NCBI GenBank assembly: GCA_036517175.1
Contig: DATDXQ010000028.1
Span: 2,113-66,112, forward strand
From: Minisyncoccota bacterium
Lineage (GTDB): Bacteria; Patescibacteriota; Minisyncoccia; 2-02-FULL-40-12; IGHO2-01-FULL-4-A
Reading direction: 5' to 3'
Length of the DNA: 64,000 bases
Shown here one piece after another: positions 19,983-29,822 of the stretch (positions within the stretch are counted from its first letter, which is position 1; each line of letters opens with the position of its first letter). A program made the position numbers and the translations under genes. The notes under the pieces are model-generated. The model made no database searches. It had not been told where the DNA came from and saw only the letters and a list, made by a program, of their open reading frames with translations.

Positions 19983-21025
19983 ATCTGTTTGATTTTTAAC
20001 ACAACTTCTTCTGCCGCCTCCACGCAATTGCCTATTTTCCCCGAAAAAATAGTAATTGTTTTTGGATCAACCATAGTTACAACGGTTGGTCTGGCATCAG
20101 TTTTTTCAAGTTTCGGTAAAACTGTACGGAAGGTAAACATTGAGCCAACATGCTTAGCCTTAGCGAGCCCTGGTATGAATTCCGAGCCGGATTCAATGAT
20201 TTTTCTAAAATTAGTAACGGGTGGGTTTTTTATTATTCCCCTATTCAAAATTTTATTAAACTTTGGTGGTATGTACGGCTTCTTGCCAACATTCATACTG
20301 TGTATGGCATGAACAACATTTCCTAGAACAAAATTACCTGTCCTTCCCATAGGATCAATACACATAAAAGGACCGTCCATAACAACTAGGCACTGCTTAT
20401 CGAACTCCCGAGGAAGCTTCACAACAGCTTTTTCACAAAGCTCAAATTGATAGTTTTTGCGCTTGGATACGGGCAGTAGTTCGTTGAGGTTAGCATATGT
20501 TGCAATTACTTTTAGATCGTATTTTTTTAATTCAGCAACTGTCGCCAGTTTTTTTAATTCAACGTTAACACCGGAAGATTTTAATTTACTCCAGCACAAC
20601 TTTCTTAATTTGTCAGGATCTATCCTGCTTTCCTCGCCCTTAATTGACCTGCCTATCTTGTCGTAATTAACCAATGCCGGCCTTGCCTCAATAAAACTCA
20701 AGCCTACGTCACTGCAAACCTTAACATAATCGTCGTGATGTATTAGACTGCCTTCTTTAGCAATACAATAGTGGTGATCATCGCCAGTAATAACCGCTTG
20801 TCTGTATTCTTTTATAAAACCCGCCTCTGCCCTCATGCAATCTTGGATGGTTTCTCCACTGCGCGGATAATGATAGCCTTTGTGTAAACGAAATTGATTA
20901 GAGCCCGATGCGGCCATCAAAATATCGCCTTCCTTCTCAAAAAGGTCAACATTGTGGCCTACCCCAGCAAGCTTGATTGCAGTGGTTACCCCAAATATTC
21001 CCCCTCCGACAACGGCAATATACAT
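19979..21025 (-). CDS. FAD-dependent oxidoreductase (DAO/GlpD-like).
   Basis: MYIAVVGGGIFGVTTA dinucleotide motif. ATG at 21023-21025. The ORF-track start is TTG. Confidence 0.6.
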   Translation of the reverse strand: MYIAVVGGGIFGVTTAIKLAGVGHNVDLFEKEGDILMAASGSNQFRLHKGYHYPRSGETIQDCMRAEAGFIKEYRQAVITGDDHHYCIAKEGSLIHHDDYVKVCSDVGLSFIEARPALVNYDKIGRSIKGEESRIDPDKLRKLCWSKLKSSGVNVELKKLATVAELKKYDLKVIATYANLNELLPVSKRKNYQFELCEKAVVKLPREFDKQCLVVMDGPFMCIDPMGRTGNFVLGNVVHAIHSMNVGKKPYIPPKFNKILNRGIIKNPPVTNFRKIIESGSEFIPGLAKAKHVGSMFTFRTVLPKLEKTDARPTVVTMVDPKTITIFSGKIGNCVEAAEEVVLKIKQI

Positions 21026-21060
21026 GGCCGGACCATACCACAGCAAACCAATCTTGTTAA

Positions 21061-22251
21061 CTAGACAAAACCTTCCAAAAATTTCGTTATTTTTTCTGCG
21101 ACTACCGCGTGACTGAAGTTTGTGGCTACATATTCTCTCCCGAATTTGCCCATTTCTTTGGCCATATTTTCATCAGAGATTATTCTAAATAAAGCTTTTG
21201 ATAATTCCTCCGGGTTACTTGCCTGAACCAAAAGACCACTTTTTTCATGAACCACAACCTCATCTATTGAACCCGTACGTGTGGCAACAACTGGCACACC
21301 ACAAGCGCTGGCTTCGGCCATAGCATAACCAAACTGCTCTTCCCAACCTCCTTGTGGTACGCTTGGATAAACAAATACGTCGACGACATTAAGCAACGCT
21401 GGTAGCTGATCATTGGGCAACCAGTCCAGAATAGTAATTTTGTCATTAAGTTCTAGATTCTTAATTTTAGATTCTAGATTCTGTTTTTCCGGCCCAGTAC
21501 CAACAAGAACCAATCTCGTATTAGAAATTGCGTTTTTATCAATAAGAAGCTTAAACGCATCAACAAGAATCTCAAGTCCCTTCCTTGTATCTAATGCTCC
21601 GTAAAACAACACGACCCTTTCTTCCATTTTAATTCCCAATTTATCACGCCAATCGCTTTCAATCCCTGGATGAAATCTTTCAACATCAACACCAGACAAT
21701 GGACAAACTAGTGTCTTAGACACCAAATCATGATTTGTGAACATTTTCATAATTTCCTGAGATTTTTGATTGCCACAGATAATTCCATCAGCCAAATTTA
21801 AGTTCATTCTTATTAATTTTGAGTAGATCTTAAGCTTAAAACCCGCTAGATATTTTTTAGGTTCCACATTTTGCCAAGTAAAAAATATAAATTTCATACC
21901 GCAAAAATTTGCCATCAAACCATTGAATAACGTGGTTAAAAGATAAGGTTCAGAGCACGAATACAAAACCTTACTTCCATATTTAAGCTTCAGATAAGGC
22001 AATAAAAAAAATATGCCTGGTAAAAAACCCTTAAACAAGCCCGTGATCCCACGTCCGCCAAAAGAAGCCGCAGCCAAACCATAAATTTTAAAACCCGCCT
22101 TTGATTCTAATTTAATTCTGACCTTACCCTTCTTTGCCAACCACAATCTAGGCAAAAGAAAAACCAGGTCATCTCTGTTTTCCATCTTCTCAAAAACCTT
22201 GAAATAATAAGGATAGGCGTAAGGGTGTCCAGTGATGACAATTTTATTCAT
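21061..22251 (-). CDS. Glycosyltransferase family 4.
   Basis: C-terminal GVPVVATRTGSIDEVV...EKSGLLV GT4 signature. Confidence 0.75.
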   Translation of the reverse strand: MNKIVITGHPYAYPYYFKVFEKMENRDDLVFLLPRLWLAKKGKVRIKLESKAGFKIYGLAAASFGGRGITGLFKGFLPGIFFLLPYLKLKYGSKVLYSCSEPYLLTTLFNGLMANFCGMKFIFFTWQNVEPKKYLAGFKLKIYSKLIRMNLNLADGIICGNQKSQEIMKMFTNHDLVSKTLVCPLSGVDVERFHPGIESDWRDKLGIKMEERVVLFYGALDTRKGLEILVDAFKLLIDKNAISNTRLVLVGTGPEKQNLESKIKNLELNDKITILDWLPNDQLPALLNVVDVFVYPSVPQGGWEEQFGYAMAEASACGVPVVATRTGSIDEVVVHEKSGLLVQASNPEELSKALFRIISDENMAKEMGKFGREYVATNFSHAVVAEKITKFLEGFV

Positions 22252-23323
22252 TTAGGAGAGTTGAGCTTATTTTTTTTATTAACCCTTCCAGATTGTGATT
22301 TTGAACAACTATATTTCTCAGATAATCCGACGCCGCAGCTCTCTCATCACCAGCAAGGTTCATAATATATTTTATACCGTCCGCCAATTTTCGATAGTCG
22401 CGCTTCGGGTACATAAGTTTTTCTCTGTATTCACCAAGTATATTTTCATATGCCTCATTACAAGTCAGCACAGGTAGACCACAAGACATCGCCTCAAGAA
22501 CCGCCTTGTCCAGACTACCCGTATGACTCATATTTACAAACAGATCACCTGAGAGGAGAAAATCAGGAAGGTCCTTATTGGCAATTGGGCCAATGAATTT
22601 AATTACATCCCCCAAACCCTTACTTGAAATTGTATTCTTTAATTTTTCAAGATAATCAAAATCTAGTGGGTTTATGGCGCTTCCAGCAACTTCAACACGC
22701 AGTCCAACGCCTTCGTCAATTAAAGCACTGATGGCTCCGATCATTGTATCGTAATCTTTTGAGAGGGCTATTCTGCCAACTGAAACAATCTTAAAGACAC
22801 CTTTTCCATCTCTTGTGTATCCATTTTTTGGTTTGAACTTTTCTACATCTATACCTTGTCCCACAATTCTAAGTTTCCTACTTGGCAAACGATAACCTTC
22901 TGGGGTTGATGCAAATGCGATATTGGTTAATCGGTCTGCAATCTTAAGTATAGTAGGCACATAGCCATGTGCATACCAAAGAGACATCTTTTTGCCAAGC
23001 AACTTCCACGCTGGCCAACCGAGGGGTATATATTGCGGATTCATGTGAGAAAAAACTGCATTGTAATCATGCCTATACGTCCAAATATATTTGTAGAATC
23101 TAAATAGATACTTTAATTTAACACCCGGCCCAAATCCACTATTTTTTTCTTTTCCAAGAGAGACAACTCTAACATTGCTAGGTAAGTCATAGTCACCAAG
23201 CTTCAAACATATTACCGTAACCTTGTCCCATCTTTTAGAAAACTCTCTTACCCACTCATGAAAAAATCCAAGAATGTCATTGTTATAGTCAATCTTTTGA
23301 GTTATTATTAGAATTCCTCGCAT
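22244..23323 (-). CDS. Glycosyltransferase family 4.
   Basis: MSCGLPVLTCNEAYENIL GT-B C-terminal domain motif. 8-nt overlap with the downstream gene. Confidence 0.7.
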   Translation of the reverse strand: MRGILIITQKIDYNNDILGFFHEWVREFSKRWDKVTVICLKLGDYDLPSNVRVVSLGKEKNSGFGPGVKLKYLFRFYKYIWTYRHDYNAVFSHMNPQYIPLGWPAWKLLGKKMSLWYAHGYVPTILKIADRLTNIAFASTPEGYRLPSRKLRIVGQGIDVEKFKPKNGYTRDGKGVFKIVSVGRIALSKDYDTMIGAISALIDEGVGLRVEVAGSAINPLDFDYLEKLKNTISSKGLGDVIKFIGPIANKDLPDFLLSGDLFVNMSHTGSLDKAVLEAMSCGLPVLTCNEAYENILGEYREKLMYPKRDYRKLADGIKYIMNLAGDERAAASDYLRNIVVQNHNLEGLIKKISSTLLNE

Positions 23324-23365
23324 TTTATGATACTACAATAAAAGCCCCCCTGATTCAATTCACAA

Positions 23366-23396
23366 ATTAAAAGACGTCCATGAGGTCGTCTTTTAA
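23366..23396 (-). terminator. Rho-independent terminator.
   Basis: aagacgtcc-atga-ggtcgtctt hairpin plus a T-run. Confidence 0.5.
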
Positions 23397-23410
23397 AAAT
23401 CTAGATAGGA

Positions 23411-25072
23411 TTATATTTCCGTCACATAATCTCCAGATACCCAACCAGTCGTGCCATTCGATAATTTAACCTTATACCAACCATTGCTTATTTCCCAAAA
23501 ATCAATCTGCTGATCTGGAGATAGTTGTCCCAATATACTGCTGGATGTTGTGGCAGCTTGTCTAACCCTCAAGAAACTTATATTACTGAGAACCTTAAGA
23601 GTTCCCCCCACCCTCATTTTGGCAAATTCTTCTCCTGATATAATTTTTACATCCGCCCAATTATAACCGGCAGCGTTAAATTCGGCCAATGTTCTTATCC
23701 ACCTCAACGTGCCATCTGAACCAACAACATATACCTTAGGATCATTAACTTTCCTGTAAAGCTGCGGCGAAGACATCTCTCCTGGCGCAAAGCTCATACT
23801 AGTGAATTCATTTACCGATATTATCTTAACGTCCGACCATTTATAATTAGAGGCATTAAATTCCTCAAGAGTCTTTACCCAATGAAGTCCGTCATCTTTT
23901 TGAACATAGACCTTTGGATCGCCATCTTTTCTGTACAATTTCATTATTCCTGTCGTGGCTTCTGATGTCGGTGTCGGCTCAGGAGTTGTTTGCGTGAAAA
24001 CCTCAGGGGTTGCTGTAGGTGTTGGCGTGGGGGATGCGGCGTCCGCAATACTTCCGCCTCCACCGCTTGGAGCAGTCTTTGGAGGAGTAATGTCTGTAGA
24101 AACCTGGGCGTCTGAGTCGGATGTTCGATCAGTGTAGGTTACACTTGTAGTGTCGTATCCGGTCAAAACAAACTTAGCTGAGGTTCCCGTATTTGCAAGC
24201 GGCACAGAACAATACCAATTACCGTCTGAATTATTCGTACACGTTGTTCCAAAGCTGTCTCCGGCCGTTACAGTTCCTGTTGTAAATTTGTTGTTAGTAA
24301 AATCTCCACCAGATTCATAAACTCTAACTTTATGTCCAAAAGACAAACCACTTTCATCAACATCACTATCATCTCCAGTTCCGAAATCAATAGATTGAGA
24401 AGCAGTGCCGGATACTGTAAGAGTTCCGCTTGAAGTTGCCTTAACATAACCATCAGCCTCAGCGGTAACAGTGCCTCCACTAGTTGAACCGGCAATATAC
24501 TTCTTACCACCTCTATAAGACTCTGACGCAGTTGTTCCATTGTAAGATGCCGAAGCGCTAGAACCATCAAGAGTAATGGCTGTACCAAGCTCATCATCTA
24601 CACCGTTTATTACAATATTGAAATCCAAACTTGCATAAGTTGTAAATGGACTGGATGTGGAAGCGCCTGGAAAAGAAGCGTTAGTCCACTCTCTTACAAC
24701 CCAACCGTCAATAGATGCAGAAGCTCTTAATGTTTCACTTTCTCCTATGGTACAGCTAGCAGCTGTCATTTCCGCAGATGCTGAAGCCACCTTTATTATA
24801 CCATCACGCGCGTTGGTGCTTTCTGAAGCTGTGTTATCGTTAACTTGACCAAAACTGGAAGCGCCATCGCAGTACCACCTTATAGTCAATGTTCCGCCTT
24901 CGGACAAAAGATCGTTCAGTTCAGTGTCTATTCTAAACCAGACAAACTCTCCATCATCAGCGGCATGCGCTTTGTCTGAAAACAACAAAAAAGTCGCAAG
25001 TGTCGCGACAAAAACTGCAAATACAATAAAAACTCGACCTAGAGTTAAACTAGCATAAGATGAATTATTCAT
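23411..25072 (-). CDS. Secreted Thr/Ser/Gly-rich surface protein with two tandem roughly 45-aa repeats and a C-terminal bacterial SH3 domain.
   Basis: Signal peptide ...SDKAHA|ADDG. Low-complexity T/S/G body. Duplicated LYRKxxDPKVYVxxxDGxxxWIxTLxEFNAxxYxWxDVKIIS. C-terminal NGWYKVKLSNGTTGWVSGDYV (SH3b). Confidence 0.6.
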   Translation of the reverse strand: MNNSSYASLTLGRVFIVFAVFVATLATFLLFSDKAHAADDGEFVWFRIDTELNDLLSEGGTLTIRWYCDGASSFGQVNDNTASESTNARDGIIKVASASAEMTAASCTIGESETLRASASIDGWVVREWTNASFPGASTSSPFTTYASLDFNIVINGVDDELGTAITLDGSSASASYNGTTASESYRGGKKYIAGSTSGGTVTAEADGYVKATSSGTLTVSGTASQSIDFGTGDDSDVDESGLSFGHKVRVYESGGDFTNNKFTTGTVTAGDSFGTTCTNNSDGNWYCSVPLANTGTSAKFVLTGYDTTSVTYTDRTSDSDAQVSTDITPPKTAPSGGGGSIADAASPTPTPTATPEVFTQTTPEPTPTSEATTGIMKLYRKDGDPKVYVQKDDGLHWVKTLEEFNASNYKWSDVKIISVNEFTSMSFAPGEMSSPQLYRKVNDPKVYVVGSDGTLRWIRTLAEFNAAGYNWADVKIISGEEFAKMRVGGTLKVLSNISFLRVRQAATTSSSILGQLSPDQQIDFWEISNGWYKVKLSNGTTGWVSGDYVTEI

Positions 25073-25132
25073 ATGCTAGCATTATACAACATAATATATA
25101 TATATATTAAAATATTGTGGATAACTCAACAT

Positions 25133-26275
25133 TTAAGACGCTGCTGACCCCCCTTCGGTTGCAATAAGTTTTTGTAATTCTTGAAAAAGTTTTTTTATTG
25201 CTGATTTTTTTTCAAAATTTTTGGAAATTTTAATGCCCTCAACCCCATATTTAGTCAAAACGTCAGGATGTGACAATAAATCCGATATTTTAAAGGACAG
25301 GTCACGCCAATCCCAATCAGCTATACTACCGCTTTCTCCATCAATAATCACATCTGGCACTATACCGACCATTGTTGCCACAACTGGTACACCGCAGGCC
25401 ATAGATTCTAACACAACCCTCGGACCACCTTCACTGTATGATGTCATCACCAAAATCTTAGATTTATTTATAAATTCAGCGACTTCTAGAGAATCCTTAG
25501 CCCAACCATACAGTACGACATTATCACCCAATTTTAAATTTTTAATTTTTGATTTTAGATTATGCCACTCTGGTCCTGTTCCGACAATTAGTAATTTGAT
25601 ATTTTGTATATTTATTTTTAGATTTTTAACAGCATCCAACAGGAGGTCAAGACCCTTGTTTTTATCCAAGCGACCAATAAAAATCAGATCATACTCCTTG
25701 ATTAAAGCCATCGGCCTAAACACATCGAGATCTATATAGAAAGAAGGGATATGTACTATTTTCTTAAGAGGAACACCTGATTTTAGTAAAAATTCCTGGG
25801 TTTGCCTTTGATTAACGACCCTCACCGCCAATGCCCTTGAAGAGTCGTATCTTATAAACAATCTCGTGGCAAACTTGTAAATTAGATCTTTAAAATTAGC
25901 ACTCTTTGGATACCCCGGAACATGGTGAGTCTCTAGAACATATGGGATCTTTATCTTGCCCCAAAGCAAGCGGGCCCCAATGCCATTGTAAAAGGGGGGG
26001 TACTCATGAACCATAATAATGTTAAATTTTTGTTCTAGAAATGTCTGTAAGCCCTTCTTGAATATCCATACAGGCTGTAACCACAAGGCCCAAGGAGATG
26101 GGTGGAGAAAAACATTGCCAAATAAAACTTCATTTTGTCTCTCGCCATTTACTGCTCTAGGAGATATTATGTCTATACGCTCCCAATACTTGTGAAATTC
26201 TTCCAGGGTATTATAAAATGCACCCTTCTTATCAAGAGATGTGGCACCATAACCGCTTATCATTAGTAGTTTCAT
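25133..26275 (-). CDS. Glycosyltransferase family 4. It contains a G7 tract.
   Basis: MACGVPVVATMVGIVPDVI..GESG GT4 motif. Homopolymer G7 at 25994-26000. Confidence 0.75.
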   Translation of the reverse strand: MKLLMISGYGATSLDKKGAFYNTLEEFHKYWERIDIISPRAVNGERQNEVLFGNVFLHPSPWALWLQPVWIFKKGLQTFLEQKFNIIMVHEYPPFYNGIGARLLWGKIKIPYVLETHHVPGYPKSANFKDLIYKFATRLFIRYDSSRALAVRVVNQRQTQEFLLKSGVPLKKIVHIPSFYIDLDVFRPMALIKEYDLIFIGRLDKNKGLDLLLDAVKNLKINIQNIKLLIVGTGPEWHNLKSKIKNLKLGDNVVLYGWAKDSLEVAEFINKSKILVMTSYSEGGPRVVLESMACGVPVVATMVGIVPDVIIDGESGSIADWDWRDLSFKISDLLSHPDVLTKYGVEGIKISKNFEKKSAIKKLFQELQKLIATEGGSAAS

Positions 26276-27354
26276 ATTATTTTTGCAATATCCTTGGCTG
26301 CTTCTCTTAACCTAGCCGACGTTTCAAGACCAGCTTCAACAAATTGGTCCCTTAATACAGCATTACGCCAAAGAGCCTTAACCGCCTCTAGTATATTGAA
26401 TTCGTCATTATATCTTACAATAAAACCGTTCTCGCCCTGCCTGATTAACTCCGGATTAGCACCCACAGCAGTAGCCACTACTGGCACCCCAGCTGACATT
26501 GCGCGCAAAACAGTGCTGGAGGAAGGCTCATGACCACTGTTTAAAATAAGCAGGTCAGCAGCCAAGAAAAAACGACTCAATTCTTCTTCCTCTTTTATTT
26601 CGCCGACAAAAATCACCTTACCATTTAGACCAATGTTCTTTATCATAGATTCTAGAACCTTTTGCTCTGGGCCACTACCCATAATGACTAACCTAAAAAA
26701 CTGGTTAATTTCTAGAAGCTGCGGCATAATTTTTACAAGCATTCTAAATCCCATCCAAGGCACAAGCGGGCCCTTAGAAACAATCAAGGCACCCGGAATA
26801 CCTATTTTTTTTCTACATTCCTCTTTAGTCATGCCCGCAATATAAAAATCTGTTGGATAAATTAGTATTTTTATCTTAGTTGGATCTATACCCCACCCCA
26901 AAACTATTCTTGACATAAAAGAAGACGGAACCAATACAGAACCCGAAATTTCGCAGGATTTAATTTGTTTTTTGTTAATTGAAGAAGTGGTACCCTCTTT
27001 TTTTGATTTCTGGAAATCTCCAACAAGAAGATAATTGTCACCTCTTCTTATTGCCTCTCTCCAAGCGTAATCATCTTCAACCCAAACAACAAATCTTTTA
27101 TTGGCTCTTTGCGCCGCCTTAGCAGCTAACGATCCTGTACCAACAGGACTCAAGGCCATAACAACATCTGCTTGGCGAGCCAATTTTAATATTTTTAAAA
27201 AAACCACCATATTTCTTAGGGGCTGGGGTAACCAATGGTCAAAAGACGCAACAACAACACTGCAACTGACCGACAAGTCTAAGGCCAAACGATTTGGATC
27301 TATTGTACCAACACCAGATCTGCGCCATTCAGGAATTATTAATAATTTTTTCAT
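26272..27354 (-). CDS. Glycosyltransferase family 4.
   Basis: MSAGVPVVATAVGANPELI GT4 motif. Start trimmed to the ATG at 27352-27354. Confidence 0.7.
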   Translation of the reverse strand: MKKLLIIPEWRRSGVGTIDPNRLALDLSVSCSVVVASFDHWLPQPLRNMVVFLKILKLARQADVVMALSPVGTGSLAAKAAQRANKRFVVWVEDDYAWREAIRRGDNYLLVGDFQKSKKEGTTSSINKKQIKSCEISGSVLVPSSFMSRIVLGWGIDPTKIKILIYPTDFYIAGMTKEECRKKIGIPGALIVSKGPLVPWMGFRMLVKIMPQLLEINQFFRLVIMGSGPEQKVLESMIKNIGLNGKVIFVGEIKEEEELSRFFLAADLLILNSGHEPSSSTVLRAMSAGVPVVATAVGANPELIRQGENGFIVRYNDEFNILEAVKALWRNAVLRDQFVEAGLETSARLREAAKDIAKII

Positions 27355-27367
27355 AATAAAGCCGGAG

Positions 27368-28552
27368 TTAGCTGCGCAAAATGTCACCGCAACTTTTAGC
27401 TATAATATCCCAGTCGTAATTTTCTAAAACTAAATTGCTGGCATTTTTGATAATAATCTCTTTCAACTTAGGTTCCTGGCTCAATTTAAAAATCTGCCCA
27501 GCCAAATCTTCGGCATCATTGATCTTACAAAACAAACCAGTTTTTTCATTTTCCAAAAAATCTGGTATTCCACCAACGTTGGTACCAATAACGGGGACAC
27601 CAGCTGCCATTGCCTCTAGAAAGGCATTGCCCAAACCCTCTGATCGTGATGGCCTGACAAAAACTTCAGCGATCTTAAGATACTTAGGTAACTCGTCGTG
27701 TCCGACTGATCCAACAAATACAACCTTATCGCCTAGTCCCAAATTTTCAGCTCTAGATTCCAGACTGGGCCTTTCCTGACCGCTTCCCACGATGAGAAGT
27801 TTCATGTTTGTTATTTTATATTTTGTATTTAGGATACCCAGCGCCTCAATTAAAACATCTATAGCGTTCTTGGGCACTAGACGAGAAACACTTATAATTA
27901 TCTTTTCTCCTGGCTCTATACCCAGAGTCTCTGCTAGACCAGAGAGTTCTCCATAACTATAGTCCCTTTTGAAATTAGCGATATCTACACCGTTTGGCAC
28001 TCTTATAACCTTAGCTCTTTTATTTAAATCCTTGGCATAATTCTTTAGATAATTGCTTATGGCTATAACCACATCTGCTTTCTTTATGATAAGCCCTCTG
28101 AAAAAATTGAGTAAGAAACCTTGTTTATTAAAATCCTGGCCCTCCTGTAAATTAAGAATATAGCGAACTCTAGGATTAAAAAACTTAAATAACCAAGCAG
28201 CGCCCCCCCCCTGGGAGGCCTGCAAAGCATAAATCTTTTTATAAGGTCCCAATTTTTTTGACAGCTCCCTTCCCTTAAAATAGGCCATTATTGGATATAG
28301 AGCCTTAGGAATAAAGATCCTGGACAAGTTCAATCTAGATCCCACGCGGTATACAGTAGTGTTATTAATTTTTTCCTCAGTTGGAAGAAGTTTTTTGGGA
28401 TTTGAGGGATCTGGCAACCGAGAAGCGATCAAGTCAAAAGTTATATCTGGAAGTCGAGTCGCAATTTCATGGAATGCCAGTTCGGCTCCACCAATGTTGG
28501 GCAAATAGTTGGTTGCAAAAACCAATATTCTTTGGGTTGTATTTTTATACAT
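27368..28552 (-). CDS. Glycosyltransferase family 4. It contains a G9 tract (C9 on the plus strand).
   Basis: MAAGVPVIGTNVGGIPDFL..EKTG GT4 motif. Start trimmed to the ATG at 28550-28552. Homopolymer at 28203-28211. Confidence 0.7.
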   Translation of the reverse strand: MYKNTTQRILVFATNYLPNIGGAELAFHEIATRLPDITFDLIASRLPDPSNPKKLLPTEEKINNTTVYRVGSRLNLSRIFIPKALYPIMAYFKGRELSKKLGPYKKIYALQASQGGGAAWLFKFFNPRVRYILNLQEGQDFNKQGFLLNFFRGLIIKKADVVIAISNYLKNYAKDLNKRAKVIRVPNGVDIANFKRDYSYGELSGLAETLGIEPGEKIIISVSRLVPKNAIDVLIEALGILNTKYKITNMKLLIVGSGQERPSLESRAENLGLGDKVVFVGSVGHDELPKYLKIAEVFVRPSRSEGLGNAFLEAMAAGVPVIGTNVGGIPDFLENEKTGLFCKINDAEDLAGQIFKLSQEPKLKEIIIKNASNLVLENYDWDIIAKSCGDILRS

Positions 28553-28575
28553 TTTACTATATAATAGTGTCACAA

Positions 28576-29796
28576 ATGAACACTGGAATCAACCAGATAA
28601 TCTTACCTAATAACAAGAACCCGATAAGGGTTTTGTTTATTATTACCCAATCAGAACTTGGAGGTGCTCAAAGATTTATTTCACAGTTGTTGCCCAATCT
28701 CAGCAAGAATAACTTTGAACTAACCGTGGCCACAGGACGTGATGGCAAAGAGGAGCTACAATCTCTATTGCCCGCCAATACAAAGTACATCAATACCAAG
28801 AACCTGCGTCGCAATCCAAACCTACTTTCAGACATATTGTCCCTGTTTGAAATAAAAAAAATAATCAAACAGCTCAGCCCCGATGTTTTGTTTTTAAACA
28901 GTTCCAAGGCAGGATTCATCGGCTCCCTATCAGCTCGCCTATTGAAACCAAAGCAAAGGCAACCCAAAGTAATTTACCGAATCGGCGGCTGGACATTCAA
29001 TGACCCCTGGCCTTTGTGGAAAAAAATCCTATATCGATGGTTGGAAAAAATAAGCGCCAAATGGAAGGATTACATAATAGTAAACAACAAGCATGATTAT
29101 GATCAAGCCATCAAATTTGGGATAAAACCGCGAAAAAAAGTCGAGCTTATATATAATGGCATCGACCCTTATAAACTTGATTTTCTGGAAAAGGATGAGG
29201 CTAAGATAAGATTGTATGAAAAGCTGCCACCATCAGAAAAACACGGCAGTTTTTTGCACAAAGGCCTGCTCATAGGCACAATTGCTAATTTTTATCCCGC
29301 AAAAGGCTTAGAGTATCTAATTGATGCATTCTCCAGCATTCAATCACCCACTGCTAATTTAATAATTATCGGGGATGGTCAAGGAAGGCAGGATCTTGAA
29401 TCTAGAATTAAAAACCTAGGGTTAGAAAATAAGGTTTTTCTAGCCGGGCATATATTGAATGGGCACAAATACCTCAAGGCATTTGATATTTTTGTTTTGC
29501 CTTCAGTCAAAGAAGGATTCCCCTGGTCATTGCTTGAGGCGATGTCAGCCAAACTTGCAGTTGTAGCCACCAGCGTAGGAGCTATTCCAGAAATAATTGA
29601 AGATGGAAAAAATGGTTTTCTTGCACAACCAGCAAACGCACAAAGCCTAGCCAAGGCAATTAAGGAATTATATAGCAATGAGGATATGAGGCGCGAATTC
29701 GGCATCCAGGCTCATCAAACTATTATCCACAAATTTTCTCTCAACAAGATGGTCGAACAGACCAAAGAGATACTTCAGAAAGGCTTTTTGTGTTAA
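28576..29796 (+). CDS. Glycosyltransferase family 4.
   Basis: RVLFIITQSELGGAQRF N-terminus and MSAKLAVVATSVGAIPEII..GKNG. The ATG at 28576 is preferred over the ORF-track start at 28381. Confidence 0.75.
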   Translation: MNTGINQIILPNNKNPIRVLFIITQSELGGAQRFISQLLPNLSKNNFELTVATGRDGKEELQSLLPANTKYINTKNLRRNPNLLSDILSLFEIKKIIKQLSPDVLFLNSSKAGFIGSLSARLLKPKQRQPKVIYRIGGWTFNDPWPLWKKILYRWLEKISAKWKDYIIVNNKHDYDQAIKFGIKPRKKVELIYNGIDPYKLDFLEKDEAKIRLYEKLPPSEKHGSFLHKGLLIGTIANFYPAKGLEYLIDAFSSIQSPTANLIIIGDGQGRQDLESRIKNLGLENKVFLAGHILNGHKYLKAFDIFVLPSVKEGFPWSLLEAMSAKLAVVATSVGAIPEIIEDGKNGFLAQPANAQSLAKAIKELYSNEDMRREFGIQAHQTIIHKFSLNKMVEQTKEILQKGFLC

Positions 29797-29822
29797 TTAA
29801 AAACGACCCCCATGGGTCGCCT
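29797..29822. terminator. Bidirectional terminator between convergent genes.
   Basis: cgaccc-ccat-gggtcg hairpin with flanking A and T runs. Confidence 0.45.

Noticed and set aside
28381-28575. Long N-terminal extension of the plus-strand GT4 ORF, which overlaps the divergent minus-strand GT4 by about 190 bp.
   Set aside because: The GT4 N-terminal motif begins right after the ATG at 28576, and the extension overlaps the coding sequence of the other gene. It is therefore treated as an over-extension.
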